Shown here: in pieces, positions 39,143 to 48,466 of the stretch
Layout: every line of letters begins with the position of its first letter
How positions within the stretch are numbered: the first letter of the stretch is position 1
Virus record (IMG/VR): IMGVR_UViG_3300009593_002680
Reading direction: 5' to 3' (one strand)
From: a virus
Length of the DNA stretch: 64,000 bases
Notes under the pieces: generated by a model
Seen by the model: only the letters and a program-made list of their open reading frames with translations
What the model was told of the DNA's origin: nothing
Databases searched by the model: none
Made by a program: the position numbers and the translations under genes

Positions 39143-39579
39143 TGTCTTCTAAAAGCCTATATGAAACATTTGGTAATGAAATCAACTATGAAGAACGTAG
39201 AGGTAAACTTGTACAGTTTTTAGAAAACAATACAATTAACTTTCCATTACCAGAAGCAAGTATAGACATACTTGTAGAGATGGTACCACAAGACTTTAAA
39301 GGTATCGATCCTAACAAAGTAGAAATAATAGAAAACAGATTAACAAGCATAGGATTCACAGGTCCTACTGCAAGAACATTAGCATCTGCACTTATTCAAG
39401 TTGCAGACCAACAAGGTGTACACCCTATATCATACTTCGAACTTAATGAAGAAAGCATTAAGTTAGCAGAAGAGACTTATAAAGCCATAAATACTATAAG
39501 ACCAAAAGGTAATAAGATTGGTTTAACAGTAGACAAGTTTAATAAAGATAGCAAATTAGCGAACGTTATTAGACCTTAG
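39142..39579 (+). CDS. Hypothetical protein
   Basis: 145-aa ORF translationally coupled within the structural block. Confidence 0.7.
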   Translation: MSSKSLYETFGNEINYEERRGKLVQFLENNTINFPLPEASIDILVEMVPQDFKGIDPNKVEIIENRLTSIGFTGPTARTLASALIQVADQQGVHPISYFELNEESIKLAEETYKAINTIRPKGNKIGLTVDKFNKDSKLANVIRP

Positions 39580-39587
39580 GAGATAAC

Positions 39588-40061
39588 ATGGCAGGCAACT
39601 CCCATTACAGCCAAGGTGAATATGTAGTACAAAATCCCAGCAAGTTTGTTGGGACTAAAATGCCTTTTGCCCGAAGCAGTTGGGAAACGGCATTCATGAG
39701 ATTTTGTGATAACCATCCTAACATTGTTAAGTGGGCAAGTGAAAATGTTAAAATTCCTTATAGACATCCTTTAACAGGAAAGATTACTAACTATGTTCCT
39801 GACTTTATGGTACAGTACATAGATAAGAATGGTAAGACACTAGTTGAACTAATAGAGATTAAACCAAAAAGCCAAACTATCATAGAGAATGCTAAAGGTA
39901 GAGGCGATAAAGTGGCAACAACTATAAATGCCGCCAAGTGGACAGCCGCAAATGAGTGGGCAAAAGCAAAAGGCATGCATTTTAAAGTTATCACTGAAGA
40001 CCAGATATTCCGAAATAATAAAAAACGTAAACCAACACAAAGGAAACCAAGACGAAAGTAA
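39588..40061 (+). CDS. gp4: Head completion nuclease, T4 gp4-like (TnsA-type PD-(D/E)xK)
   Basis: RSSWETAFMRFCD, WASE, YVPDF, LIEIKP, KWTAA, FKVITE. Confidence 0.88.
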   Translation: MAGNSHYSQGEYVVQNPSKFVGTKMPFARSSWETAFMRFCDNHPNIVKWASENVKIPYRHPLTGKITNYVPDFMVQYIDKNGKTLVELIEIKPKSQTIIENAKGRGDKVATTINAAKWTAANEWAKAKGMHFKVITEDQIFRNNKKRKPTQRKPRRK

Positions 40062-41131
40062 TGAAAATACAATATACAAATACTCCAAGGGACGTTATCG
40101 AGTTTGACGATGATGTTCCGGCTAATTTAGATCCTACTGATGTAGTAGAGATTTTTCAAACGCCTTTAACGGGCTCATTCAATTGGGATTACACAGTACA
40201 AGACAACAGAATAAAGAAATTATATGAACTAGGCAAACAACTTAACTGGAATGTTGAAGTAGATGTTGATTGGACACCACAATTTAAAAGTATTAGTGAT
40301 GAAGAATTTGATTTTGAAAACAATCAATGGGAAAATCATGAAACATTTAAAACGTTTGACAAAGAAACAAGACTAGAGTTCATGAAAGACTTAAACAGTT
40401 GGGCAACAAGTCAATTTTTGCATGGAGAACAAGGAGCATTATTAGTAGCATCGCAGTTAGCCTGTTGTGCGCCGACCTATAACGCAAAACTTTACGCCGC
40501 ATCGCAAACTTTCGATGAAGCAAGACATGTAGAAGCATTTAACAAATACTTACAGCAACGTTTACAACGTAGTTGGCCCATAGGTAGAGCATTAAAAGGA
40601 CTATTAGACAAAATATTAACTGATCCTCGTTGGGATTTAAAGTTTATTGGTATGCAAGTAGTCATAGAAGGATTGGCATTAGCCGCCTTTAACGCCGCCA
40701 AGTCAGCAACTAACGATCCTGTGTACGAACAAATGTTAGAATACATTATTAGAGATGAAGCAAGGCACGTTACATTTGGTATTAACTATTTAAAAGACTA
40801 TGTTACTACATTAAGTGAAGAAGAAGTAGTTGATAGAGCAAATTTTGCCTTAGAAGCCTGTACAGTAAGTAGAAATAGATTACGAGCATATGATGTATGG
40901 GAAAAATATGGTATGGATTTAGATTATACTGATACATATCAAAAAGAAAACATATTTCAAACACAATTCCAAGATGTATTGTTTAGTAGGATTATGCCTA
41001 ACCTTAAAAAAATTGGACTATTAACAGATGACCTAGTACCTGAATATGAAAAATTAGGTGTTATGGGTTATGCAGAAGGCGATAGTGATTATGAAACAAG
41101 TTGGGAAGAATTAAGTAAACCATTAAAATGA
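40061..41131 (+). CDS. Ferritin-like diiron protein (AurF-like)
   Basis: HGEQGA, DEARHV, IEGLA, second DEARHV: paired ExxH diiron ligand set. Confidence 0.82.
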   Translation: MKIQYTNTPRDVIEFDDDVPANLDPTDVVEIFQTPLTGSFNWDYTVQDNRIKKLYELGKQLNWNVEVDVDWTPQFKSISDEEFDFENNQWENHETFKTFDKETRLEFMKDLNSWATSQFLHGEQGALLVASQLACCAPTYNAKLYAASQTFDEARHVEAFNKYLQQRLQRSWPIGRALKGLLDKILTDPRWDLKFIGMQVVIEGLALAAFNAAKSATNDPVYEQMLEYIIRDEARHVTFGINYLKDYVTTLSEEEVVDRANFALEACTVSRNRLRAYDVWEKYGMDLDYTDTYQKENIFQTQFQDVLFSRIMPNLKKIGLLTDDLVPEYEKLGVMGYAEGDSDYETSWEELSKPLK

Positions 41132-41247
41132 AAATAGTAGTAAGAGAACCACAAATACCTGTAGAAGGCGAACATACACTTTGTAATAGAGGTGAAGTTG
41201 CTGTATTTAGAAATGGTAAGTGGGTTAGACCAAATGAAGATAAGTGA
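41128..41247 (+). CDS. Small hypothetical protein, 39 aa (MKIVVREPQIPVEGEHTLCNRGEVAVFRNGKWVRPNEDK); not in the ORF track
   Basis: ATG overlaps the upstream stop and the TGA overlaps the next start; fills an otherwise empty gap. Confidence 0.55.
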   Translation: MKIVVREPQIPVEGEHTLCNRGEVAVFRNGKWVRPNEDK

Positions 41248-41389
41248 AATTATAGAATTCAAAGCACCTAAAAAGGTTTATGATAAACCACAAGACTATG
41301 TGGATGCTAGAAATCATAGATTTGACCAAATGTTTGGACACCCTACTAGAAAACTTAAGAAGAAAAAGTCCAAAAAGAAAAAGAAGTAA
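41234..41389 (+). CDS. Small Lys-rich protein (51 aa; start MKISEIIE)
   Basis: Overlaps the previous ORF; poly-Lys C-terminus. Confidence 0.55.
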   Translation: MKISEIIEFKAPKKVYDKPQDYVDARNHRFDQMFGHPTRKLKKKKSKKKKK

Positions 41390-41392
41390 TGT

Positions 41393-42475
41393 ATGTCCTC
41401 TTTAATAGATTACAAATTATTGGAAACACCGACCAAGGGCCTTATTCCTTTAGCAAAAAGGAACAACGAACTTAAACATAACATTACAAATGACTGTACT
41501 ATACCCCATAGGAGTCTAAACATAACAACAAAAGGCGAATGTTTCATAGATAACTGTGAAATGTATTTGCCTTTTGTTATATGTAATATATTAGATTTAG
41601 AACGTTTACAAGATGTTTGGTCAAACCCTTTAGCAAGAGAATTACAGAAAGATGTAGAAGATAAAAAATTTACATGGTGTGCTGTAGAGCATTGTAGAAT
41701 TATGGAAAGGGATTTGCATTGGATAAACAATAAAGGGCAAGAATTTTATAGCATATATGTAAATGTAGATGAAAGTTGCAATCTTGCATGTCCAAGTTGT
41801 AGGACAGATATGATATTGCATACACAAGGTGACGATTATAACAGACAATATGCTTATGCAGAACATGTTGTTAAACTATTACGCAACTTCAAAGAACGAA
41901 CACACATAACTCTTACTGGAAATGGCGATCCTTTAGCAAGTAACATAATGAGACCGCTTGTTACTAACTGGATACCAAATGAAAATCACACAATTACATT
42001 GTTTACAAATGGATTGTTAATGAGTAAACAACTTCCTGACAGTAAAATACTTCCAAACATAAGTGAATTTAAAATTAGTATAGACGCAGGATCTAAAGAA
42101 GTATATGAAATAGTCAGAAGACCGGGTAAATTTGAAAAACTTATAGAAAATTTAGATTGGATGCATGAAAACAAAAACACAGCCGGTTCATTTCAAAAGG
42201 GTTTTCACAAAGAAGGTCCTAATATACACTTTAGATTTGTATGTCAAAAAGCAAATGCACATGACGTTGTTAATTTTGTAAAACTAGCAGAACGTTATGA
42301 TGCTGAATGCTCTATATCTAGATTAGACGATTGGGGAACATTTGATAATTTTGCAGAAGAGGACGTAGTTGACCAATTAGACCATCCGTTAAGGCCCGGA
42401 TTTTTAGAACAAATACGTGAAGTAGTAGATTTACCTTATGTATCTATACCATATAACATAACGAAGTACTTATAA
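41393..42475 (+). CDS. Radical SAM protein with N-terminal Cys-containing (SPASM/twitch-like) domain
   Basis: ESCNLACPSCR; GNGDPL, FTNGLL, ISIDAGS; N-terminal CTIPHRSLNI...GECFIDNC...WCAVEHC. Confidence 0.85.
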   Translation: MSSLIDYKLLETPTKGLIPLAKRNNELKHNITNDCTIPHRSLNITTKGECFIDNCEMYLPFVICNILDLERLQDVWSNPLARELQKDVEDKKFTWCAVEHCRIMERDLHWINNKGQEFYSIYVNVDESCNLACPSCRTDMILHTQGDDYNRQYAYAEHVVKLLRNFKERTHITLTGNGDPLASNIMRPLVTNWIPNENHTITLFTNGLLMSKQLPDSKILPNISEFKISIDAGSKEVYEIVRRPGKFEKLIENLDWMHENKNTAGSFQKGFHKEGPNIHFRFVCQKANAHDVVNFVKLAERYDAECSISRLDDWGTFDNFAEEDVVDQLDHPLRPGFLEQIREVVDLPYVSIPYNITKYL

Positions 42476-42480
42476 CATAG

Positions 42481-42488
42481 TATAAATA
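42481..42488 (+). promoter_or_regulatory. Late promoter TATAAATA (leaderless)
   Basis: ATG 42494 lies 6 nt after the motif end. Confidence 0.78.
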
Positions 42489-42493
42489 GCAGT

Positions 42494-42991
42494 ATGACCA
42501 AAAAATTAGAAGAAGAATTTAATTTACCACCAATGGAAGAAGCAACTGCAAAAGAAAATGCAGATGCGACAGAGAAATTTGATGTACAAGAAGTTACGCA
42601 AGTAGATATAGAAGATGTTCAAACAGCATTAAGTAATGCAGAAAAAATAGACCTTGCATTAAAAAATGTAAAAGGGTTAGATGAACATGATGAAGAAATG
42701 GATGACATTGGACAACAAGCAATTGACAGTTATCAACAGTTAATGAACTTAGGTATGAATGTTGGAGACAGAGAAGCAGGTAGTATTTTTGATAGTGCCG
42801 CCAAAATGTTAAAGACAGCCTTAGAAGCCAAAGAGAGTAAAATCGATACTAAATTAAAACAAATTGATTTAATGATTAAAAAAGGCAGACTGGATAACAA
42901 CACACAATCAGCAAGTAATACTGCAAGTGGTGGCCCTGCAGTAGATAGAAACGAACTACTTAAAATCATCAACTCTGATAAAAAAGAATAA
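42494..42991 (+). CDS. Putative terminase small subunit (gp16-like)
   Basis: Helical protein with LEEEFNLPP, AAKMLKTALEAK and C-terminal DRNELLK; late promoter; upstream of gp17. Confidence 0.55.
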   Translation: MTKKLEEEFNLPPMEEATAKENADATEKFDVQEVTQVDIEDVQTALSNAEKIDLALKNVKGLDEHDEEMDDIGQQAIDSYQQLMNLGMNVGDREAGSIFDSAAKMLKTALEAKESKIDTKLKQIDLMIKKGRLDNNTQSASNTASGGPAVDRNELLKIINSDKKE

Positions 42992-43005
42992 TTTTACCTT
43001 ATTTT

Positions 43006-43013
43006 GATAAATA
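43006..43013 (+). promoter_or_regulatory. Late promoter GATAAATA
   Basis: Upstream of the 43036 gene. Confidence 0.72.
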
Positions 43014-43035
43014 AGTACATACGGAGTTATTAACA

Positions 43036-43740
43036 ATGAGAGAACTTAAAGACATTATAACCGAATCATTCAACAAAGAATACGGTTATAGAATTAAACT
43101 AGCAAGAGACTGTTCAGCAGATGACTTATCTAAGTTAGAAAATGCTTTGCAAAAGTATAACCTTGTTAGTGCTACACCTTGGAAAAGGTTACCAATACAA
43201 GAAAACCCAATTGAGTTTAAAAGACTTAAAGGTTTAAACACTACATCTGAAGTTTGTAGTACTGATGTTATTTTAAAATACCCAGTCAACGAAAGAATTT
43301 TAGAAGTATATGTAGCAGTTGCTTGTGGTTGTGACCATGAACGTGTTATTGTTATGGGTGTAGACAGTCCAAAAAGAATCGAAAGTGAAATGGCTGAAGA
43401 AAGACTTGCTAATGATAAAGATAGACAAGTAGAAGTTCCAGAAGCAATTTTAGATGAAGTAGATAGTTCCGCAGACCAAGAGCATTACGAAGCACAACAA
43501 GAAGGTGTTAGTGATGGTCCATTATTTGGTGAAGAATACAATGCTAAATTCTTAGCAGAGTTAGAAAAAATCAAAGCAGAAAAAGGCGCAGATTACTTCC
43601 GTAACTATCCTAGTAAAGATGGTATAATGGGAGATGATTTAGCCGCGATGCATGATACAATAACTGGTAAAGCACACGGTGGATTGGCACCAGAGGCTAA
43701 ACAAGTTGATGTAATATCACAAAGTTCTAGAAGAAACTAA
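43036..43740 (+). CDS. Hypothetical late protein (possible internal head protein)
   Basis: GGAG RBS; N-terminus MRELKDIITE resembles T4 capsid-targeting sequences. Confidence 0.7.
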   Translation: MRELKDIITESFNKEYGYRIKLARDCSADDLSKLENALQKYNLVSATPWKRLPIQENPIEFKRLKGLNTTSEVCSTDVILKYPVNERILEVYVAVACGCDHERVIVMGVDSPKRIESEMAEERLANDKDRQVEVPEAILDEVDSSADQEHYEAQQEGVSDGPLFGEEYNAKFLAELEKIKAEKGADYFRNYPSKDGIMGDDLAAMHDTITGKAHGGLAPEAKQVDVISQSSRRN

Positions 43741-44018
43741 TGGCAGAACTAAAGTTGGGAATAGATGAACTTCAACATTTGCTAAAACTAGCAGGTGTAC
43801 AAGGCCCAGAACAACATGATGATGAGCCTGAAGCACCATGTGATTCAGAAGAAGAGCCTAAAGTAATTGCAATAGACGTAGATGACGAAGATGGCGATTC
43901 TGCTATGCAATTTCCTAAGACAGATGTTAATCCTGATGCATCAATGACCACTGATAAAGAAGTCTTAACTAGCATTATTAGAGACAGACTTAAAGATTAT
44001 CTCCGCAATAGTAAATAA
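43740..44018 (+). CDS. Small acidic hypothetical protein
   Basis: Coupled ORF; contains LLKLAGV. Confidence 0.7.
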   Translation: MAELKLGIDELQHLLKLAGVQGPEQHDDEPEAPCDSEEEPKVIAIDVDDEDGDSAMQFPKTDVNPDASMTTDKEVLTSIIRDRLKDYLRNSK

Positions 44019-44033
44019 TCCCCTTTAATACTC

Positions 44034-44041
44034 GATAAATA
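44034..44041 (+). promoter_or_regulatory. Late promoter GATAAATA (leaderless terminase)
   Basis: ATG 44047 lies 6 nt after the motif end. Confidence 0.78.
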
Positions 44042-44046
44042 CTGTT

Positions 44047-45645
44047 ATGCCAAAAGGAACAGTTAATACTGAGTTAGTAAAACAAGCATACTCTAAAATA
44101 CCGTATGATTCAGAAATGCTGAAAGAATTTCAAGCATGTTGTGATCCTAATGACGGTCCAATGCATTTTATGAAGAAGTTTGTACGCATTCAACACCCTA
44201 CAAAAGGTGGTATTGACTTTGAGCCTTTTGATTATCAAGAAGATTTAATTGTAAACTACAACAATAACAGATATAGTATTAATATGCTAGGCAGACAGAT
44301 GGGTAAAACTACTGTAGCCGCCGGATATTTGCTATGGTTTGCTATGTTTAAACCTGACAGCACAATATTAGTTGCGGCTCATAAGGCGGCAGGTGCTCAA
44401 GAAATTATGCAACGTATTAGATATGCATATGAAAGCATACCAAACCATATCAGAGCAGGAGTAGTAGAATACAACAAAGGTAGTATTACATTTGATAACG
44501 GAAGTAGGATTGTAGCAAGTACAACTACTGAAAATACTGGTCGTGGTATGTCGCTTACATTAGTGTACTTAGATGAGTTTGCGTTCGTACCACCTAGAAT
44601 AGCCAAAGAGTTTTGGACTTCATTATCACCAACATTAGCAACAGGTGGTAAATGTATTGTTACTAGTACACCAAATAGTGATGACGATACATTTGCTGGT
44701 ATATGGAATCAAGCAATTAAAACTGTAGACGAATATGGTAATGAACAAGACGTTGGTATAAATGGATTTAAAGGCTATATGGCTAAATGGAATCAACATC
44801 CTGATAGAGATGATGAATGGGCCACAGAAGAAATGAGCAGGATTGGTGAAGAACGTTTTAGAAGAGAACATGAATGTGAATTTATCATTTACAATGAAAC
44901 ATTAATAGATGCATTATTATTGGCTAATATGAAGCACACAGACACCTTGTATAAAACAGGACAAGTTCGTTGGTACAAAAGGCCCACTGCAGATAAAATG
45001 TATGTATTAGCATTAGATCCTAGTGCAGGAACAGGCGGAGATAACTCTGCAATACAAGTTATTGAATTACCTACAATGGTACAAGTAGCAGAATGGTGTC
45101 ATAATAAAACTCCTATTGAAGGGCAAATAAGAGTAATGTTAGACATATTAAAAGAATTAAAACAATATGGTTCTAAAGAATTATATTGGACAGTAGAGAA
45201 TAACAGTATTGGTGAAGCCGCACTTGTTGTAATTAGAGATACAGGCGAAGAACAATTCCCAGGAACATTTTTACATGATCCTGTTAAAGTTCAAGGCAAA
45301 AGAGGTCGTAAAGGATTCCATACAAGCAGTAAAACAAAAATTGACGGCTGTTTAGCACTTAAACGTTTTATAGAACAAAACAAATTAAAAGTTTACAGTA
45401 AAGCATTTTTAAGTGAACTAAAAAACTTTGTTGCACGTGGTAATAGTTTTGCAGGACAACCAGGTGAAAGCGATGACTTGGTTATGAGTATGGTAATTGC
45501 ATGTAGAATGATTAATTACATTAGTACATTTGAAGATGATATATTTACAGTAGTAAATCAAAACATTGGAGATGGTACAGGACCTAGTGATGACGATGGT
45601 CCTTTAGATGAATACGATGAACCCATGCCCGTTGGATTGCTATAA
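44047..45645 (+). CDS. gp17: Terminase large subunit, T4 gp17-like
   Basis: RQMGKTT Walker A, LVYLDEFAF Walker B, STPN, ALDPSAGTGGD and DDLVMS nuclease motifs. Confidence 0.97.
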   Translation: MPKGTVNTELVKQAYSKIPYDSEMLKEFQACCDPNDGPMHFMKKFVRIQHPTKGGIDFEPFDYQEDLIVNYNNNRYSINMLGRQMGKTTVAAGYLLWFAMFKPDSTILVAAHKAAGAQEIMQRIRYAYESIPNHIRAGVVEYNKGSITFDNGSRIVASTTTENTGRGMSLTLVYLDEFAFVPPRIAKEFWTSLSPTLATGGKCIVTSTPNSDDDTFAGIWNQAIKTVDEYGNEQDVGINGFKGYMAKWNQHPDRDDEWATEEMSRIGEERFRREHECEFIIYNETLIDALLLANMKHTDTLYKTGQVRWYKRPTADKMYVLALDPSAGTGGDNSAIQVIELPTMVQVAEWCHNKTPIEGQIRVMLDILKELKQYGSKELYWTVENNSIGEAALVVIRDTGEEQFPGTFLHDPVKVQGKRGRKGFHTSSKTKIDGCLALKRFIEQNKLKVYSKAFLSELKNFVARGNSFAGQPGESDDLVMSMVIACRMINYISTFEDDIFTVVNQNIGDGTGPSDDDGPLDEYDEPMPVGLL

Positions 45646-45659
45646 AATCATTGTTAAAT

Positions 45660-45667
45660 GATAAATA
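45660..45667 (+). promoter_or_regulatory. Late promoter GATAAATA
   Basis: Upstream of the 45692 gene. Confidence 0.72.
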
Positions 45668-45691
45668 CATACATAACGGAGATACAGACTA

Positions 45692-47316
45692 ATGTTAGTA
45701 GAAGCAACAAGTGTAAAAACAGTAGCAGATAGAGTTTTTAATCTATTAAAAGGTTACGGTTTTCAAATAGACACTTATAATAAAGCAGGTGAAGTTGTTG
45801 GTGACCCAGCAGATGCTATTAGATTTTTTGTTGAAGATCCTAACTTACTTGTTACACTTAATGTACCAAGAGAAGAAATACGTTTAAGCATTAGTGATAA
45901 CTCTGACCAAACTGATACATTAAGAAGTCAATTAGACGAAATTGCAAAAGATTACTTAATGATGCTTGACTTTAGAGTATTTGGAAAAACATTAAAACCA
46001 AGTAGTGAAGCAATAAACATTAGAAGAGATGAAGACATGAAAGAACATAATGAAATGAGAAAACTAGCAGGACTAGAACCTATTAATGAAGAAAGAACAG
46101 TAGTTGGTTGTAACGATGACCAATCATTGTATATCTTTTTAAATAACGGAATGGTTGACTTAGGTAAAACTGAAGAAGAGATTGCTTCAAAATTACATGA
46201 ACTAGGTGACGTAATAGATTTTGATGATATGTATTACAGTTCAAGCATGGACTTTGCAGAAGAATGTGGTTTTAAAAATGACGATGCGGCTAAAGAACTA
46301 ATGGACAAAGCAATAGAACTTTATGGTGAAATGAGAAGTGGTGCAGTAAGAGAATCAACACAAGAAAACGTTGAAGAAGTTGAAGAAGAAGTTGAAGAAA
46401 CTATTGTTGAAGCAAGTTTAGGTTCTATGAGAGGAAGTATTAAAACAAGTAATCAACCATTGGGCTCAACAAAGATTATTGTTAAGCATTCTAAACCAGT
46501 AAACGAAGAAGTACGTGGTTCAAGAAGTAGAAACATACAAAAGATATTCATTGAGAATAATGAAGAAAGATTCTTATTCCCAAGCAAAAATTTAACGGTG
46601 CTAGAGCAATGGCAAGGCACTTATACAACGGTGGCGTAATGCATGATACAGTAGGTGAAAGCATTGTTGCTATGTGTACTGAATTAAAAACATTAAAAGA
46701 ATTCGCAAACTATGTTAAGAAGCAAGGTCTTATAAATGAAGAAAACAACGACTATGTCGAACTTGCTAAACAACATATTAATACAATTAAAGAAACATTT
46801 AAAAAATTAAGTGGTGTAAAAACTTATAGTAAAGCAGTAGAGAGTTTAAAAGACATGAACAATATTGATATTGTTAATGAAGTAAACTTAGAAGACCACT
46901 TTACTGAAACACACTTTGATAACAAAGTGGGTAATGCACATGAAACATTAAGCAAGTTAGTAAACAAGCAAACTGCATTTGAAAGTATGATTATGAAAAC
47001 AATTGAATCAGAAAACTTTGCAGGTGTTAAAGAACTTATTAGTGAAGATCCTTTAGACTTTGCTACACCAGAAGCAAAACTAGGACATCAAGTATCACAG
47101 TTAGGTGCTACTGCTACAAATCCACAACTTGCAAATTACTTAGGTAGTATTAGTAATAAGTTAAGTAATGGTGGACAAATGAATCAATTTGAATATAGAG
47201 CAGTTAAGGCTTCTCTACTTTCTGCACAACGTCCTGAACAAGCACAAATGGCAGAAACAGTAACAGAAGAAGAGAAATACACCAAATTTATAGAGAGTTT
47301 TGTAGAAGAAGAATAA
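45692..47316 (+). CDS. Late protein apparently split by a -1 frameshift near 46594 (ORFs 45692-46639 and 46609-47316)
   Basis: Overlapping ORFs; the joined reading ERFLFPSKNL-NGARAMARH reads as continuous protein; the frame 1 tail after 46594 looks out of frame. Confidence 0.6.
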
Positions 47317-47363
47317 ATACTATTATAACAAGACAACGGTTATTGTCGAAAGACAAAAAAAGG

Positions 47364-47392
47364 TTGACAACATGGCACAAAGAATATAAACT
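47364..47392 (+). promoter_or_regulatory. Sigma70-type promoter for the gp32-uvsX-uvsY operon
   Basis: TTGACA-17-TAAACT; a late-like AATAAATA also occurs at 47312-47319. Confidence 0.72.
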
Positions 47393-47458
47393 TAGGCATT
47401 AGTAATACATAAACACAGACAGTATTACAAACATGGCACATACATAGGAGAAATTATT

Positions 47459-48457
47459 ATGGCATCTTTGGCAGAAATAAGGGCTAAATTGGCAAGCATG
47501 GAGAACAACAGAAGTTCTAGCCAATCATCAACAGGCGGCGACAACGCCATTTATCCACACTGGAATATCGACGAAGGAACATCAGCAGTCCTCAGGTTCT
47601 TACCTGACGCAGACGTTGATAACACATTCTTTTGGCAAGAAAGACAAATGATTAGACTTTCTTTTCCAGGTGTAAAAGGCGGTGACAGTAAACCTGTTAC
47701 AGTACAAGTACCTTGTGCAGAAATGTACGGCGATACTTGTCCAGTACTAACTGAGGTTCGTCCTTGGTTTAAAGACGCAAGTCTAGAAGACATGGGTCGT
47801 AAGTATTGGAAAAAAAGAAGTTACATATTCCAAGGATTTGTAATTGAAAACCCACTTAACGAAACAGCACCTGAAAACCCAATCAGACGTTTTGTTATTT
47901 CCCCACAAATCTTTAACATTATTAAATCAGCATTAATGGACCCAGACATGGAAAACATTCCTACTGATTATGTTAATGGTACAGACTTTAGGGTAACTAA
48001 AACAACCAAAGGTCAATATGCAGATTATTCTACATCTAAATGGATGCGTAAAGAACGTGCATTAGATGAAACAGAATTAGCATCTGTTGACACAAATGGT
48101 TTATACACATTATCAGACTTTTTACCAAAAAGACCTGGTGAAGAAGAACTTAACGCAATTAGCGAAATGTTCCAAGCATCAGTTGACGGTGAGTTATATG
48201 ATGTGGAAAGATGGGGTAACTTCTACAAGCCTTACGGCGTAGATGCTCCAGCAAGTAGTAGTGCAAAACCAGCCACAACGGCTCCTGCACAACCAGTTGC
48301 TGAAACTAAAGCACCAGAAGTTACTAATGAACCTAAGGCAGAAGCACCTGCTCCTGCACCGGCTACGGAAGAAGCACCTGCTCCTGCAACAGCAGAAGCA
48401 AGTGGTGAAAAACCTAGTGCTGATGATATTTTAAATATGATCCGTAACCGTTCTTAA
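47459..48457 (+). CDS. gp32: Single-stranded DNA-binding protein, T4 gp32-like
   Basis: AVLRFLPD, CPVLTEVRPWF, YWKKRSYIFQG, GTDFRVTKT, YADYSTSKW, Pro/Ala linker and C-terminal DDILNMIRNR. Confidence 0.92.
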   Translation: MASLAEIRAKLASMENNRSSSQSSTGGDNAIYPHWNIDEGTSAVLRFLPDADVDNTFFWQERQMIRLSFPGVKGGDSKPVTVQVPCAEMYGDTCPVLTEVRPWFKDASLEDMGRKYWKKRSYIFQGFVIENPLNETAPENPIRRFVISPQIFNIIKSALMDPDMENIPTDYVNGTDFRVTKTTKGQYADYSTSKWMRKERALDETELASVDTNGLYTLSDFLPKRPGEEELNAISEMFQASVDGELYDVERWGNFYKPYGVDAPASSSAKPATTAPAQPVAETKAPEVTNEPKAEAPAPAPATEEAPAPATAEASGEKPSADDILNMIRNRS

Positions 48458-48466
48458 GGAGACATC

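Noticed and set aside
39588-40061. Tn7-type TnsA transposase or mobile element
   Set aside because: The fold is shared, but size, motifs and position match T4 gp4 head-completion nuclease; no TnsB/TnsC or terminal repeats are nearby.
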